Origin: Eledone cirrhosa
Taxonomy: Eukaryota
Direction: 5' to 3'
Assembly (NCBI GenBank): GCA_964016885.1
Contig: OZ024740.1
Span: 199,268,001 to 199,332,000, forward strand
DNA length: 64,000 bases
The notes under the pieces are model-generated. The model was not told the origin of the DNA, searched no databases, and worked only from the letters and a program-made list of their open reading frames with translations. How positions within the stretch are numbered: the stretch's first letter is position 1; each line of letters begins with the position of its first letter. Positions 28,709-42,370 of this stretch are shown piece by piece. A program made the translations under genes and the position numbers.

Positions 28709-28776
28709 ACAATATCGGTTTCAACACACGTTTTCAGATAAAGAATCTTGCTAAACAAGTTCAGAAACGAAATATA

Positions 28777-28860
<84 letters not shown>

Positions 28861-28863
<3 letters not shown>

Positions 28864-29882
28864 TTGCGAGGTTTTTGATATGAAATCGTGTGTCGAAACA
28901 AATATTGTTATACTTGGGGAGGGTCATATTTGTGTAATATTGCCAGAATTAATAACAGAACAGACTCACTAGGAAATGTATCATATGTAAGGTAAACCCC
29001 GGATAAACTGTAAAACTAGAAACGTAGTCTATAGCATAAGATGTCCAGAGGGTACTTGCAGAAACATGACAACAATATACATAGGCGAGACATCTCGTAG
29101 CATAGGTGAAAGGATAGACCAATACTAGGGGGAAACTAAAAGGACGAAAAAACGGTTCAGTACTATACGAACATGCTAGACAACAATACGACGGTAACAT
29201 AGACAGCGTAGAAATTAGAATAATATCTAAATATAGAAATGACCCAGCAGATAGGCAAATCAGAGAGGCCAGTGAAATCGAACTTAGATGGCCAAGGCTA
29301 AACAGAAAAAAAGGAATGGAATAACAACAACACCCAAACAAACAACACTGACCTAAGAGAAGTATAAGTAAATAAATAAATAGATAAATAAATTAATTAA
29401 TACATACAGAAGCACAATCACAACAAACACATATAAACACACACTAGTAAAGATAGAATACATTAACCAATACACAGTCACCCAATGACGAACACACATC
29501 AAACAAAACACTATACACACACGCAAACGCATGCGCAAAGAAGACAAAATAAAATAAACAATTAAATAAATATATAAACAGACTAAATAAAGATGGCGTA
29601 GAAAATACAATGCAATGAGAGGAAACAATAGCACCACTAACGATGTTGCAGATGTGCAACGAAAGAACTTTGATAAACTATATATATATGTGTTTGTGTC
29701 TATAATGTATCTGTATTTTTGACCGTTGGTCAGTCAATGGCAACATTGAGGACCGAATAAATTAGATTACCGATATAAAAGACGCAGAAGCGAAAAGTGA
29801 AAACCAACCAAACAGTGAGTGTGTTCTGTTATTAATTCTGGCAATATTACACAAATATGACCCTCCCCAAGTATAACAAAAT
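28861..29882. repeat. TA-flanked non-coding element with ~70-bp inverted tip
   Basis: 29814-29880 is the reverse complement of ~28903-28970. Confidence 0.75.
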
Positions 29883-30499
29883 ATATATATATATATATAT
29901 ATATACTTACATACATAAATACAACACATACATATTTTAATATATTTTCTCTTATCTATGGTATATACTTCATTAATATGTAAAATATATGCTATAATAT
30001 GAGTTTCTATTTCTATGTGAGAACAGTATAATAATTGTTTAATTGGATCGATTCACAATCATTGATACCGGCTTCGATTCCATTACTTGACTTGTTCGCC
30101 GATGTCTTTTACTATAGGTTAGGGTCGACACATTCCTTTGAAGAGAAATTCTGTAGACTTAAAGCCCATCTACACGTTTTAACTGTAAATTAAAGGGAGA
30201 GCGTTGCCTCATTACCTGACCTGCTAAATCTTGCTGCAAATTTATTTGAGCGTACACGTGTCTCCGTGATCCTCCGCGATGGCACTTAATACATATTACA
30301 ACTATACAATACAACACTCTATTCTAACTCCCAACATAAATAATACTCTAACATAACTGTGGAGGTGCTAGGTCTTTTTTTATTAGTTGACTGGTAAAAG
30401 CCGTGCGCAATATATTTCCTGGTCCTCCGAGTGTAATGAGAATAATGCTTCTAACTTTTGGTTTAAATTATTGCAGGACAGTCTCCTGCAGCAAAGTCA

Positions 30500-30900
30500 T
30501 GTTCTGGAAAAGAATTCTGAATACTGCGCATAACGTTTAGTGTGGGCTCTCTGTGAGTTGGAGGCAATACAAAGGATGAGGAGGGGAGAAGCGAGTGAGC
30601 AGGGAGTGCTTGAGTTGGGGTAACCTAATGTCAGACAGTTCCGATGTGCAGATGTCAATGCAGAGAGATGAACCAGAATGTCTGTGGCTCAGAGACTGGA
30701 GCCTCTCTGTCAACGACATTATGCTAATCAGAGGAGTGAAGGTTCTCTGAATGGAGTCTAAGATGTTTGAGTATGTACAGTAACACAATCCCTGGGGTTA
30801 GGTGCGATATACTATTCAGCTTTGTATAATGGCATAAATGATCGGGGGATGATGTATATTCTGGGTCAGAAAACAGCCAATCATTCTGGTTAATGTGGCT
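30500..30900 (-). pseudogene. Highly decayed LINE RT C-terminal fragment (CR1/Jockey group)
   Basis: LDSIQRTFTPLI...LQSLSHRH..SSL resembles the post-RT region of CR1/Jockey-group LINEs. Confidence 0.45.
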
Positions 30901-32629
30901 ACTGGAGATAGAAGATATATCTTACTAAACACGTATGTAAGTGCAATAAATACAAAGATCGGATGAAATAAATTATTGCAAGATACATTATGTCTAAAGG
31001 TAATACAAGATAATCAACGTTGGTACATGTTATAAGACTGGTCAGTCAAAGTTGACGTGGGTCTAAACAACAAACTGGTCACATAAAGGCTACCAAAATT
31101 CTATCTCCACTTATTCATAATCACTAGAAATATAACTTCATATGCAAATATCTACACAAACCTTAGATGGCGAACTTGCTTAGCCATTAGTAACAGTGAT
31201 AGAGTGATTTGATTCATTAAATCAAATTTCTGCTCTTTCAGTACACACCTATACCTCCTTCTCCCTCGCTCTCCCCCTCTCTCTTTCTCACTCACTCTCC
31301 TTTCCTCTCTCTCTCTCCCATGTTTCTATCTCTTTAAGAAATTAGCTGTGATACACAAAGAAAGGGATTGGACCAGGCAAGTTTAAAATACCCATGACGG
31401 CGTCCTTACGAATCATTAGGAATTATTAGTCCATAAATATTATAGCTTTATGCTTCTCCCCTCACAGACAAAAGCTAATGCGATATATGATATAATTTAA
31501 CTGAATGCTAAATATCGGGTTTGACTCGTAGGTATTCGTATGATATTAGGATTTCCAAAAGTGTAGGTTTTTTAAAACGAAGAGGTACTAATATTCAACA
31601 CGACCACCAACCTGATGTTTTGACCAGTCTAGTGTATGGAATTTACGCTGAGAAGTATTAGAATCTCACCATGAACGCTGAAGTGCTGTCATCGTTGTTC
31701 ATTTAAGCCAAAAGGAGCCAAAGAATGTCCAATCGTGATCGTCCAGGGAAATATGCAGAGAATTCAAGAGAGATGTGAGAAAGAGATACAGGGGAATAAT
31801 CGACCACAGTCCTGAAATAATACTTTTGAATGCAGTGCAGAGAGCGAAATATAATACGTAAATCTTTCTTTCCGACGTTCTAAAGACTCTGCTACGTCAC
31901 CGCCATACTATTAGAATTAGTAATAGAAATAATCAATGTAAATGTATTATACTATGTGTAAGTGCCATTAATATATTACTGTAACGATATTCTATAACTC
32001 AGTGATTTTAAGTGAAAGATAGCGAACATTTTGATAAGATATACAGAAGTAATTTCCAAATACGAGGTATAATTTGAAATTAGTATTTCAAGACGACAGC
32101 AAGCTCATTAACTGTCAGCTTGTTTCACCTAAAAATAGTTGTTCACATCTATTTCAATTGCTATTCGGACGGACATATGAAATTTATAATGGTAGACAGG
32201 CTACTTCTAGACTTATGTAGTTATACCAATAGCGTTCTAGACAACCAGAAAATATAATGATAAATTCTTATCATTACACTGGCATTACATTGCATTATGT
32301 CTATATAGGAAAATACGAAATATTTATTCTGTTCATATAAATAAAATTGTGGACCATAAAGTGGGAAGACTCAACGTTATACACATTGAACTTTGAAGTT
32401 AAAATAATCTTTTTTTTTAACATTCTAGTGATTTCAAGCATTATACTAAGGCCATGATAGGGAACTGCTTTAAAACATGTAGTCGGTAATATCAACCCAA
32501 GTACTTATTTTTCGTGCCTGGTATTCATTTTATTGATCTCCTTTTATCAAACCACTTATTGACAAAACACATACACAAAAGTAAAATCACCCATACACAC
32601 ACACACACACATACACATACACACACACA

Positions 32630-32761
<132 letters not shown>

Positions 32762-32849
32762 AAACAGTAAAGAGAGAAGACACACATATATATAAATATG
32801 TGTTCAAATCATAAGGGGTATAGAGCTGCCAATGTGAAGAATATATTAA

Positions 32850-34250
32850 CTATAGATAGTACTGTTCACGGAACTTAATTAGACGGAAAATTAAGGTGTA
32901 CGAACCTACTATATATAGATATATAGTTGCTGAAGTTTTCCCTGTGTTGAGGTGTTGTTTGAGCGTCACTATTCAGATCTCGTGTGACGTTAACCACATT
33001 AGCATTGATGTTAACATTTCCCGTAACACTGGACAGGTTGTGAGTCTTTTTATGCGTCTTGTTTAGTTCTTGCAATATCATTTTCAGATGACCACATGCT
33101 GGCCCCAACAAATATGTTATGGCCAATGTGCTTCTTCACTGAAAGATCTGATGATCACATTCTCTTTTTGCCCCTCTTAATTATGGTTCCATCATATCTA
33201 ACATCCCTATCTTGCCCAACATACCTGTATGTTTTACCTGACTGCAGTTGTGTGAACGCCATTAATATTTAGATTTTTATAGGTGGACACACCGTTTCGT
33301 AAGTGGACACGTCGTTTCCATGTTTTATCTATAAATATATGTGCATTTGGACACACCTGATTTCATTCCTATGTCTTGTGTAAATTGGGAATGAGTTCCA
33401 AACACTTTCTGATGTGGGTGATATTCATCCCATACAACTCCAATCGTCGACAACGAAACGATGGGGTATGTTTCTGGGGCGATTTATATGATCGCTATAT
33501 TTTCAGAGCCAGATGATACTGTGTGTAATGTGAAGACGAAGAGCAACACTGACAGGCTATCGACCTGCAACATGCCCTTTTTAGTGCGTAGTATCAGATT
33601 CAATTTTCTTTTAATCACATCTAAGAAGCAAGTTGGTGAACCATGTCTTCATTAGGCGTTGGATAGCCTGTACTTATAGTATACTACCAAAGGCCTTTCG
33701 ATACTCCAGTCACATTACAAAGTTCCCGCGATTCTTCACATTAATTTTTGGGGGCGGGGTGAGGAGGGGACAGATTCTTGCACGCTACCTGCTTAGAATT
33801 TGAGATCCAAGTAGAGATAGACAAACCCAGGTACATTATATTCAGTGAAGGATTTTGGCCTTAATGTTTATCAAGAGTTGTGGGATGAGGAGAGTGATGG
33901 CAGTTCATAGAGATTGGGATAGCTCTTGTGTGTCCCCGGTACTCTCTCTATATATAATCTATAGGGATCGTGGGCATAAAATGTAAGATTTTAACATCTG
34001 TAACCCTTAATGAAATCTGGCTTGCAGATTTCTTGTTGGATATAGTTTTTTGAATTTTATCCAGAATTGCGCCGTCTCTTTCGTATTATTTGTTTAACAC
34101 ACATGTAGGATCCCGAGTCTAGTTCTAGTAGTTATATAGACTGATTATATGCTGCAAATTTATATTTAATTTTCTCAGCTGTGGCAGTGGTTTTGTGTTT
34201 CCATCAGTGGAGTTTGGAGTTTAGGATTTTAAATTCAAAAGGCCTATTTA
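32850..34250 (-). pseudogene. Decayed R4/Dong-like reverse transcriptase
   Basis: Manual minus-strand translation gives KKGMLQVDSLSVLLFV (~33590-33535), IPHRFVVDD (~33470-33445), FTQDIGMKSGVSKC (~33385-33345) and TYRYVGQD (~33230-33208). Confidence 0.7.
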
Positions 34251-35238
34251 GTTTTTTCTTCAGTTGGTTCTGTTGTGTGAAATTGATATTCTTCACGGGA
34301 ATATAATTTCATTTTTACGTTGTGTGCCAATGTTCGTTCAGGTTTTCTGCTTCTACTATTCTTGCGCTGTACGAAAAGCCAGCAATGTGATAGCTGAGAC
34401 ATATATAGCAAAAGCTTTATAGTTCCGAAGCTGTTTGGGAAAATACTCTAGTGCTGCGTATTTGAAGTTCCACAGTCTTTTGTAACGTTGGCATGAAACC
34501 GAATTTTTAGGGACAGATTGTATATATACTTTATATATATCGGTGTATAATGTGATTGTAATCACGTTTTGATAGGGAACTTACACGTGCAGCCATAATG
34601 ATTTTGTTTTTAATTAATTTGTTTAGTTGGAAAAATGTTTATTTTGAATAGCATATCACCTATATTTTACAAACAGAAATTATACAACGATGGAAATAAA
34701 AATAAGACGAAATTAAAATTAAGTAAATAGAAAAGAAGGTCATATCTGGCTGTATATGAAAGGAAATTAAAGGATTATACATGTCATAAATGTGAAGAAA
34801 GGGAGAGAAAGAGCAAGGAGTTTGAGGCAACGTGAGACAGAGAAGGAGAAAGGGAGACGGTGACAGACTCTCTGACTAAGTCGGGGCAGTGTTTTGGCTG
34901 CAGCACGTGGGAAACAACAGGAAAGTGATTTCCGCGGACAATGGCCTGGGAGACCCGCTCAGATGAGGTGCTAGATGTCCGATTTTGCGGAGGAGCTCGG
35001 TATTAGAGATCCCAGGAATCCTGAGGTCTCGACGGTGACGGTAATGAATGATGAACTTCTTTAACGAACTCGAAACAGATTTGCCACAATTGATTATATG
35101 TAAGTATATATTTACCTACGTAAATAAGTATGTATATTTGTATGTATGCATGTATGCATGTATGTATGTACGTATATATGGATGTCTGTATGCATGACTG
35201 TATGTATATATCAATAAATATATATGTATGCAGGTATG

Positions 35239-35310
<72 letters not shown>

Positions 35311-35313
<3 letters not shown>

Positions 35314-35722
35314 TAGAAAGTGAGGTTTTTTGGGGGTTTTCTTTTACAAAATGAAAAATAACCAAGGTGTCCTACACGAGTGAAAGTATAAAGAAAAAGA
35401 GATGAAATCGAAAATGCAACTGAAGTCTTATTTTTTTTTTAAATATATATATTTATTTGGTTCCTTTACCGGTTTCGCAGTTCTTCTGCTTTTCAAAAGG
35501 TGAGTTGAGATGGAGGGTCTCTGGTTTTTCTCACATCTGGTTGGTCTCTGAATGTTACTTGTTTTATATGGAAAAAGTGGCTCAAAATGCCAGGTTTTTC
35601 GAGAAGTAATTTGATTGGTTTGTGAATAATTATAATAAATTTCGCGCCAGTTCGCGTTACAATAGTTCTTCAAATCAGAGGGGGGGGGGGGGGCGTTGTC
35701 ACAGGTTGTTTTTTATATATGA
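35311..35722 (-). repeat. Family A pLTR copy with U3-A8 HHR (35463-35500)
   Basis: Aligns with 59-430. The HHR reads CCTT-TTGAAAA-GCAGaagaaCTGC-GAAA-CCGG-TA-AAGG. Confidence 0.85.
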
Positions 35723-35858
35723 AAATAGCCTGACATGTTAGATGGTCTGATAAGGACGTACTGTTGAACTTAATTCAGTACCTCTGAAATATGTATAATA
35801 AAATATAATTGATCACAAGAATATATATATATATATATATATAGTTATAATATAGATG

Positions 35859-35909
35859 AGATTCTACAGGACTAGAACTGTTTCATTTTTTAGAAATCAT
35901 CAGGAATCT
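35859..35909 (-). ncRNA. Type I hammerhead ribozyme
   Basis: AGATTC-CTGATGA-tttctaaaaaat-GAAA-CAG ttctagtc CTG-TA-GAATCT; stem II is weak. An adjacent inverted repeat has arms ~35997-36050 and ~36122-36171. Confidence 0.65.
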
Positions 35910-36647
35910 GGCTATCAAAAAATAAGTATGGTATTTATAGGTCTCTTCAGGTGGTAGGAGAGGGTAGGGAGTGGTATGGGTGTAGGTCATTGGTTGATAG
36001 AAAAGGGAATTCATTAAAATCTAATTCTTCAAAGCTATAGTTTATTTTTAGAGTAACAAAGGCAGAAAGAATTCTAAAAACAAGTTAAAAAAAAGTTAAA
36101 AACAATTTAAAAAAAAACAAAGAAAACTATAGCTTCGAAGAATTAGCTTTTAATGAAATCCCTTTTCTATATTAAAACGTTTATACTCTGCAATGTATTG
36201 AGTACCTTACTTACTGTGGTTACCTCCGACTCAACCCGGAATAACGTATATATATATATATATATATATATATGCATGATTACATGGTTACATGTACTTT
36301 TGAGAGTAAAATTAAGCGAAAGGTTGGACAATATATTTCAACTATAAATATAAATTTGTATAACTAAAATAACTTTGGCAATATAATCTATGTACTTTGA
36401 ATATATATAAGCGTGTTCATTGGCAAGCTTTCAATTCATTGATTAAAATTATTTGAGATTTCACTTCAAAGATTTCATTCATGAAATCCAATCATTCATA
36501 GATATCGTACGCATCTACATAACCACTAATTTGGAAATCGTTAATGTGCTAGTCGTATGCTGATTGTATGTGTGTGTGGGAGTAGGGGAGTGCGCAATCA
36601 TGTATCTCTGTTTCTCTTTTTCTTTCTCTCCATGTATATATATATAT

Positions 36648-36722
<75 letters not shown>

Positions 36723-36725
<3 letters not shown>

Positions 36726-36924
36726 CGAAGGAAATCTGGTAAGGAACCAGGTGGACCATAACGCACCAAAGTACACAATACTTAGGGTAGTAGAGTGGGT
36801 AATAGGAACGATTAGGACCCCGACGGCTAAGCTCAAGCCGTTTCGACGGCTAATTCTGGACTGAGTTGGGTCCAGAATTAGCCGTCGAAACGGCTTGAGC
36901 TCAGCCGTCGGGGTCCTCCTCGTT

Positions 36925-36930
<6 letters not shown>
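36723..36930. repeat. Fold-back of family E pLTR end (HHR 3' half)
   Basis: Palindrome centred near 36865. The right arm has GAAA-CGGCT tgagctc AGCCG-TC-GGGGT. Relatives are at 39794-39935, 54455-54497 and 54873-55022. Confidence 0.85.
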
Positions 36931-36958
<28 letters not shown>

Positions 36959-37040
36959 AACAAACAGACACACATATATATATATATAACAATTCATTGA
37001 AACCCCGTGTGAGCACATGGACACACACACATACACACAC

Positions 37041-37074
<34 letters not shown>

Positions 37075-37186
37075 ATATATATATATAAATATAATATAAT
37101 ATATAAATATACATATATATAACAATTCATAGAAACACCTCGTGACCACACAGACGCACACACTTACACACATATATATAAATATA

Positions 37187-37260
<74 letters not shown>

Positions 37261-37614
37261 GAGTATGATGATAATATTTGCTCGAACCATTTTTGAATAT
37301 GAAACTAAATAGTGTATCTGTTTGAAAAGTCGTAATAATAATGAAATTATTGTGTACAGTGCTCAGGTGCACTACAACTCATCAAAGGTACATGTATAGT
37401 ACATAGAATAATGTACAAATGTCAGGAAAATGAACAGTGTATGAGTCATGATATAATTATAATAATAATAATAGTGAAATATTGTGTACAGTGCCCAGGT
37501 GCACCACAACTCATCAAAAAGTGCATGTACAGTACATAGGGCAATGCACAAACATCAGTAAAATGAACAGTGCACGAGTCATGATACACACATGTGTGCA
37601 TGTGTATGGAAGGG

Positions 37615-38010
37615 GTACATCAGGTGTAGTTTTGGCGTATTTCGGGAAGCATGAGTGTCTTAAAGGATGCAGTGTCTCGGCAGCTAACAACTGACGCAGG
37701 CAGTTTGTTCCATGCTTCAGCAACTCTGAGCGTGAAAAAATGTCTACGAAAGTCATGGGAGCTGTGCTGTTTTCTGATTTTGTAGGCATGTCCACGTGTG
37801 TTAGACACATGGAGATCAAAAAAATGCTCAGGGCTGCAATTGGCGAGATGGTTAATAACTTTGTGGGTATTCACCAAGTCCATTGCCAGACGTCGGAGCT
37901 TTAATGAATCCATGCCCAGGGAAGGAAGGCGTTCAGAGTATGGTAGGTGTCTGATGGAGGGTATGCGCTTGGTTACACGTCTCTGAATAGTTTCCAGGAG
38001 GTCAATGTGC
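37615..38010 (-). mobile_element. CR1-clade LINE 3' fragment
   Basis: LETIQRRVTKRIP...YSERL..LGMDSLKLRRLAMDL...TRGHAYKI...RRHFFTLRVAEAWNKLP. The 3' tail is duplicated at ~37335-37455 and ~37470-37585. Confidence 0.88.
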
Positions 38011-38315
38011 CAGTGTGTTAGATTGCCTAGGAAATAATTCAGAAGGGGATTGAAACAGAAGGAACAAAGGTGAAATAAAAGAGATTACTTCGCAAAATTG
38101 TTCAGTATAACCATCCATTATGAAGGGGGGTTCATGGGGGGGGGGGTCTTAGGAGTAAACTGTGGTTTCCTTCTATGTGTCTGTTATTATTATTTTATTA
38201 TTTCTATTTTAAATATAACAGATACTAGGAAGGGAATTTTGGATTTCTCCGAAGCCGCCACCCTTGGGCATCCTTGATGTTATGATTAATCAGAAAAATT
38301 AATCCCTCTCCCTCC

Positions 38316-38389
<74 letters not shown>

Positions 38390-38409
38390 ATATATATATA
38401 TATATATAT

Positions 38410-38577
38410 ATACAAATAAATAATGAAATCTCGACCCACGAAATAACGAAATAACGAAATAACGAAATAACGAAATAACGAAACACAATCTTCGAAATGT
38501 ATGGCAAAGGGCTCAATAGTTTGAATAAACCAGAGCTATAACTATCGTTTAAATACCAACGCATAGAGACAATGCTT

Positions 38578-38669
<92 letters not shown>

Positions 38670-38815
38670 AATAAATAATCGAGAATCGGAATCTCGGCCC
38701 ACGAAATAACGAAACACAATCTTCGAAATGTATGGCAAAGGGCTCAATAATTTGGATAAACCAGAGCTATAACTATCGTTTAAATACCAACACATAGAGA
38801 CAATGCTTAAAATCA
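38410..38815 (+). repeat. Direct duplication of (TC)n(TA)n + ~160-bp unit with ACGAAATA micro-repeats; possibly a Helitron-type 5' end
   Basis: 38410-38583 and 38665-38813 are near-identical. Confidence 0.6.
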
Positions 38816-39743
38816 TTCGCACAGCCGAAAAAATGACCAGGAAAATTCGGGTCACACAAATAATAAATTAATAAATTAATAAATTAAATGAATGTAAAAT
38901 CTTACCCGGACCCGCTGGAAGGATGTTAAATTCTAGCTTTATGGATTTCTGTATTTCCTTAATCAATTACCGTCAGCCCACATAAAAAATATATCTGACT
39001 TCTGGTAAAGGGACGAACGAGGAAACTACTTTCTCAGCAGGCATTTCGTTCAAAAATACAGAGACACCCGACTCGTTACTAAACGCACATGGAGTCCAGC
39101 AAGGGAGGGAACCCTATATTAGGCGAATGAATTCAGTAATGTGTATATATTTTGTAAAAATACAAAATATCACATATCGAATTAGAGTTCTCAAGAGACG
39201 TGTTAAAATTAACAAGAGCTATTCATCAGTTAATAAGATAAACTAAAAAATCAATAAAATTAACTGGTCAAAATTAACCCCTCACTTGTTGACCCGTCAC
39301 CGTAAGATACTCGGTTTATTACTTATACCTCTTAAAGGGGTCTCATTATAATTCCGTCCCACCTAGTATATATTTTTGTAGCCTAGCAGTACCAGTGAGA
39401 GACTTAGGTCGTAGTAACCAGAAATTGTTTATTTTTTTTTTTTTTACATTTAATTGCTTTTTAACACTCTCAGTATTTTTCTATATATTTACCCTTTATT
39501 GTTCTACTTACTGTTTCGACTTCCTCTCCCTCCTCCTCCCTAGTATCTTCTTTGACCTCATGCCCAGCTGTAGTCGGCACTATCAACGCATGAATGGGTC
39601 TCCTCCACCCCCTCTCCCTCTTTCTCCTACTGGCAGGTTTAGCTACCCCTTCCCTCCACAAATTGCCATCATAGAATTATTATGTCTCAACAACAAACTT
39701 TTGACCAATCCCTGTGACAATCACTTTGACCATATATGGAATT

Positions 39744-39839
39744 ACCCCTTGAGAAGCTCGGCTATTCAAATACCAGGATAAAAATGTTCATTTAGTCCAG
39801 AATTAGCCATCGAAATGGGTTGAGCTCAGCCGTCGGGGT
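39744..39839 (+). ncRNA. Type I hammerhead, U3-A8 core variant (family E)
   Basis: ACCCC-TTGAGAA-gctcGGCTA...TAGCCatc-GAAA-TGGGT tgagctc AGCCG-TC-GGGGT. Confidence 0.7.
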
Positions 39840-39930
39840 CCTACTCGTTCCTATTACCCACTCTACTACCCTAAGTATTGAGTACTTTGGTGCGTTATGG
39901 TCCACCTGGTTCCTTACCACATTTCCTCCG

Positions 39931-40025
<95 letters not shown>

Positions 40026-42183
40026 TGTGTGTATGTACGTATGCATACTTACATTTACATATAAATACATTTATATGTATAATGTATATACACTTAATTC
40101 CTTCATGTGCTTTATTCTCACTAATTGATTCACATTGGTGTTTAATTAATATTCACACTAAATACATTGAATAATCTATGTGAAAATATTTGACACTTAT
40201 CACAGCTTGCTGAAATCCTATTCTAACATGATGTGTAAATTTATAAATATGATATTCCTATATCTACGTAATTGCGAAAATTAATATTAGCTCAATAATT
40301 AATATATGAATAACTCACCAAGTTTGTTTCAAGTATATTGTAATTTCAATGTTTCCATAAAAGCATCGGTATCTCTATGTTCCGATGAGTAACTGATGGT
40401 ATTGTTGTAACGACTTAATACGATATAATCTTCCTAACTTGTGTGACATTTACATCAATCGTATAGTATGCACTGCGTCATGACTGAAGTTTGTGCTTTA
40501 TCAAATTCCCTCCTTTCATTATGTTATCATTTTGTTATTCTAATACATAGTTAAACAAGGTTCAATGAATACATCAAAGAATGAGTTAGAAGCACTCAAC
40601 AGAAAAAGGGTTTCCAGAGTTATTAATATTAATTCAAAATATTAACAAAATAGATATTCTTGTGATCAATTATATTTTATTATACATATTTCAGAGGTAC
40701 TGAGTTAAGTTCAACAGTACGTCCTTATCAGATAAAATAAAATGATGCATGACGTACCCTTACATAGTTGATGGTTAAGATTCAGTCATGGTAGTGATTA
40801 ACATATGACAAAACTCAATATGTATATCCCTAATATTAAGAACATGAGAAAAATATATAATACAAACAATAGAGAGGTTGCATGTAATACAACTTAAAAA
40901 ATACATGGCTTCAATATAACAGTTAAACATTTATTTAAAAAACTACTGAAGAAAGAAGAGAGAAAGGAAAGCATAGATGAAGAAACAGCTGATGTGATAA
41001 TATATTTAGTAGGTGGCTCGAAAAACAGATGAAAGATGATTAAAGAGAGAGACAAATGAAAGTAATTTATGTTCAAGTTTATAGACAATTTTCCATATAT
41101 GCAATATATATCCAAATTTATTTAGTTGACCGTTACTATTCAAAATATTCAATCTAAGTTATTTCAGAGTAATGAGTAATATTTTAGGTTTTAAAAGTTA
41201 ATAAGTATTTGTATTAATATTATCAAGTTTAATTTCTAAAATTCAATTTTTTTTAAAAACAAATTTAAAGGATTTACGAAACACGAGAAAGAAAATATAT
41301 AATGCTTTTATAGCCTCACGAAGGTAATCTTTACCAAAATTATTTATAATATTGTTTCTACTTTTGGCACAAGGCCAGCTATTCACCAGTGTATTACTGG
41401 TACTTGAGTGCCTGAAGGATCAACCGGCCTTATAACTAAACTTAAAGAAATCTGAATTTTTAATTATATATATATGTATTAATCAAACAATATACAAGGA
41501 TTATAATGTCTAAAGGTTTAAGGTGTTCCCTTTCAAATATATATAATATAATACAATAATATAATAAGTAAATAAGTTACTGAAAATATTGTTAGAAAAT
41601 ATATATAGTTAGAATATATTGTTAAAAAATATTGTTAAAAAATGTATGTTTTATATAAATTATCTTCATTTAGTTGATATATACTATAAACATATAAGTC
41701 AAATCTACATACGTCCTACTGATAGGGGCTAGATACAAAATAAATATAAAAATTAAAAATAATGAATTTTTTGTGAAACTTAAAAATGCCCAATATTAAA
41801 AATATATTATATATGTAATAGGGTTTTAATAAATAGTAGGCAAAAGATACGTCTAAAATATTTTAGCGAATGTGATAGAAAAAGGAGCTAAATATTTGAA
41901 AAGGCCGAAGGTAATCTAACTTTAATTAAAATAAAATAAATTAGATTATACTAAATTAAGTAAAAATCATTATATAAATTCGAACTTCCAGGGAATACCA
42001 AACACTTATAACAATATAGAATCATTTGAGTATCTAAATTATTTATAAATGTAACTACGACTATGTTATTACACTAGATAAACATATTTGTACAACTATA
42101 TATAGATATTATTATAGGTAGTAATGAAACGGTATACATTTAATAAATAAATAATTATAATCATTATTAGTAATACTATACTA

Positions 42184-42370
42184 GGGCGGTGAATTGGCAG
42201 TATCGGTAGAGGGTTGGAAGCTATGCTTTCTAGCATAGTTACGTTTCTTTACGGTCTGAGTTCAAATCCCGTCGAGGTTAACTTTGCCTTTCATCCTTAC
42301 GGGGTCCATAATATAAAGTACCAGTAATGTACTGGTGTATTGCTGGCCTTGTACCAGAATTAGAAATAAT
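42184..42370 (+). mobile_element. tRNA-derived SINE (octopus type)
   Basis: A box TGGCAGTATCGG, B box GAGTTCAAATCC, body TTTGCCTTTCATCCTTACGGGGTC. Flanked by the direct repeat ATTATTAGTAATACTATA. Other copies or fragments: 41355-41410(-), 43455-43540(-), 49105-49325(+, two), 52113-52292(+), 61610-61670(-). Confidence 0.85.

Noticed and set aside
28488-28758. N-terminal 90 aa (poly-N, poly-K) of the 412-aa ORF
   Set aside because: Chance read-through of (TTA)n, poly-T and neighbouring repeats.
40310-40490. Possible minus-strand host exon ending in GTGAGT (also AG-GTAAGT at ~54310)
   Set aside because: No sustained open frame or recognisable protein; isolated splice-like motifs are expected by chance.
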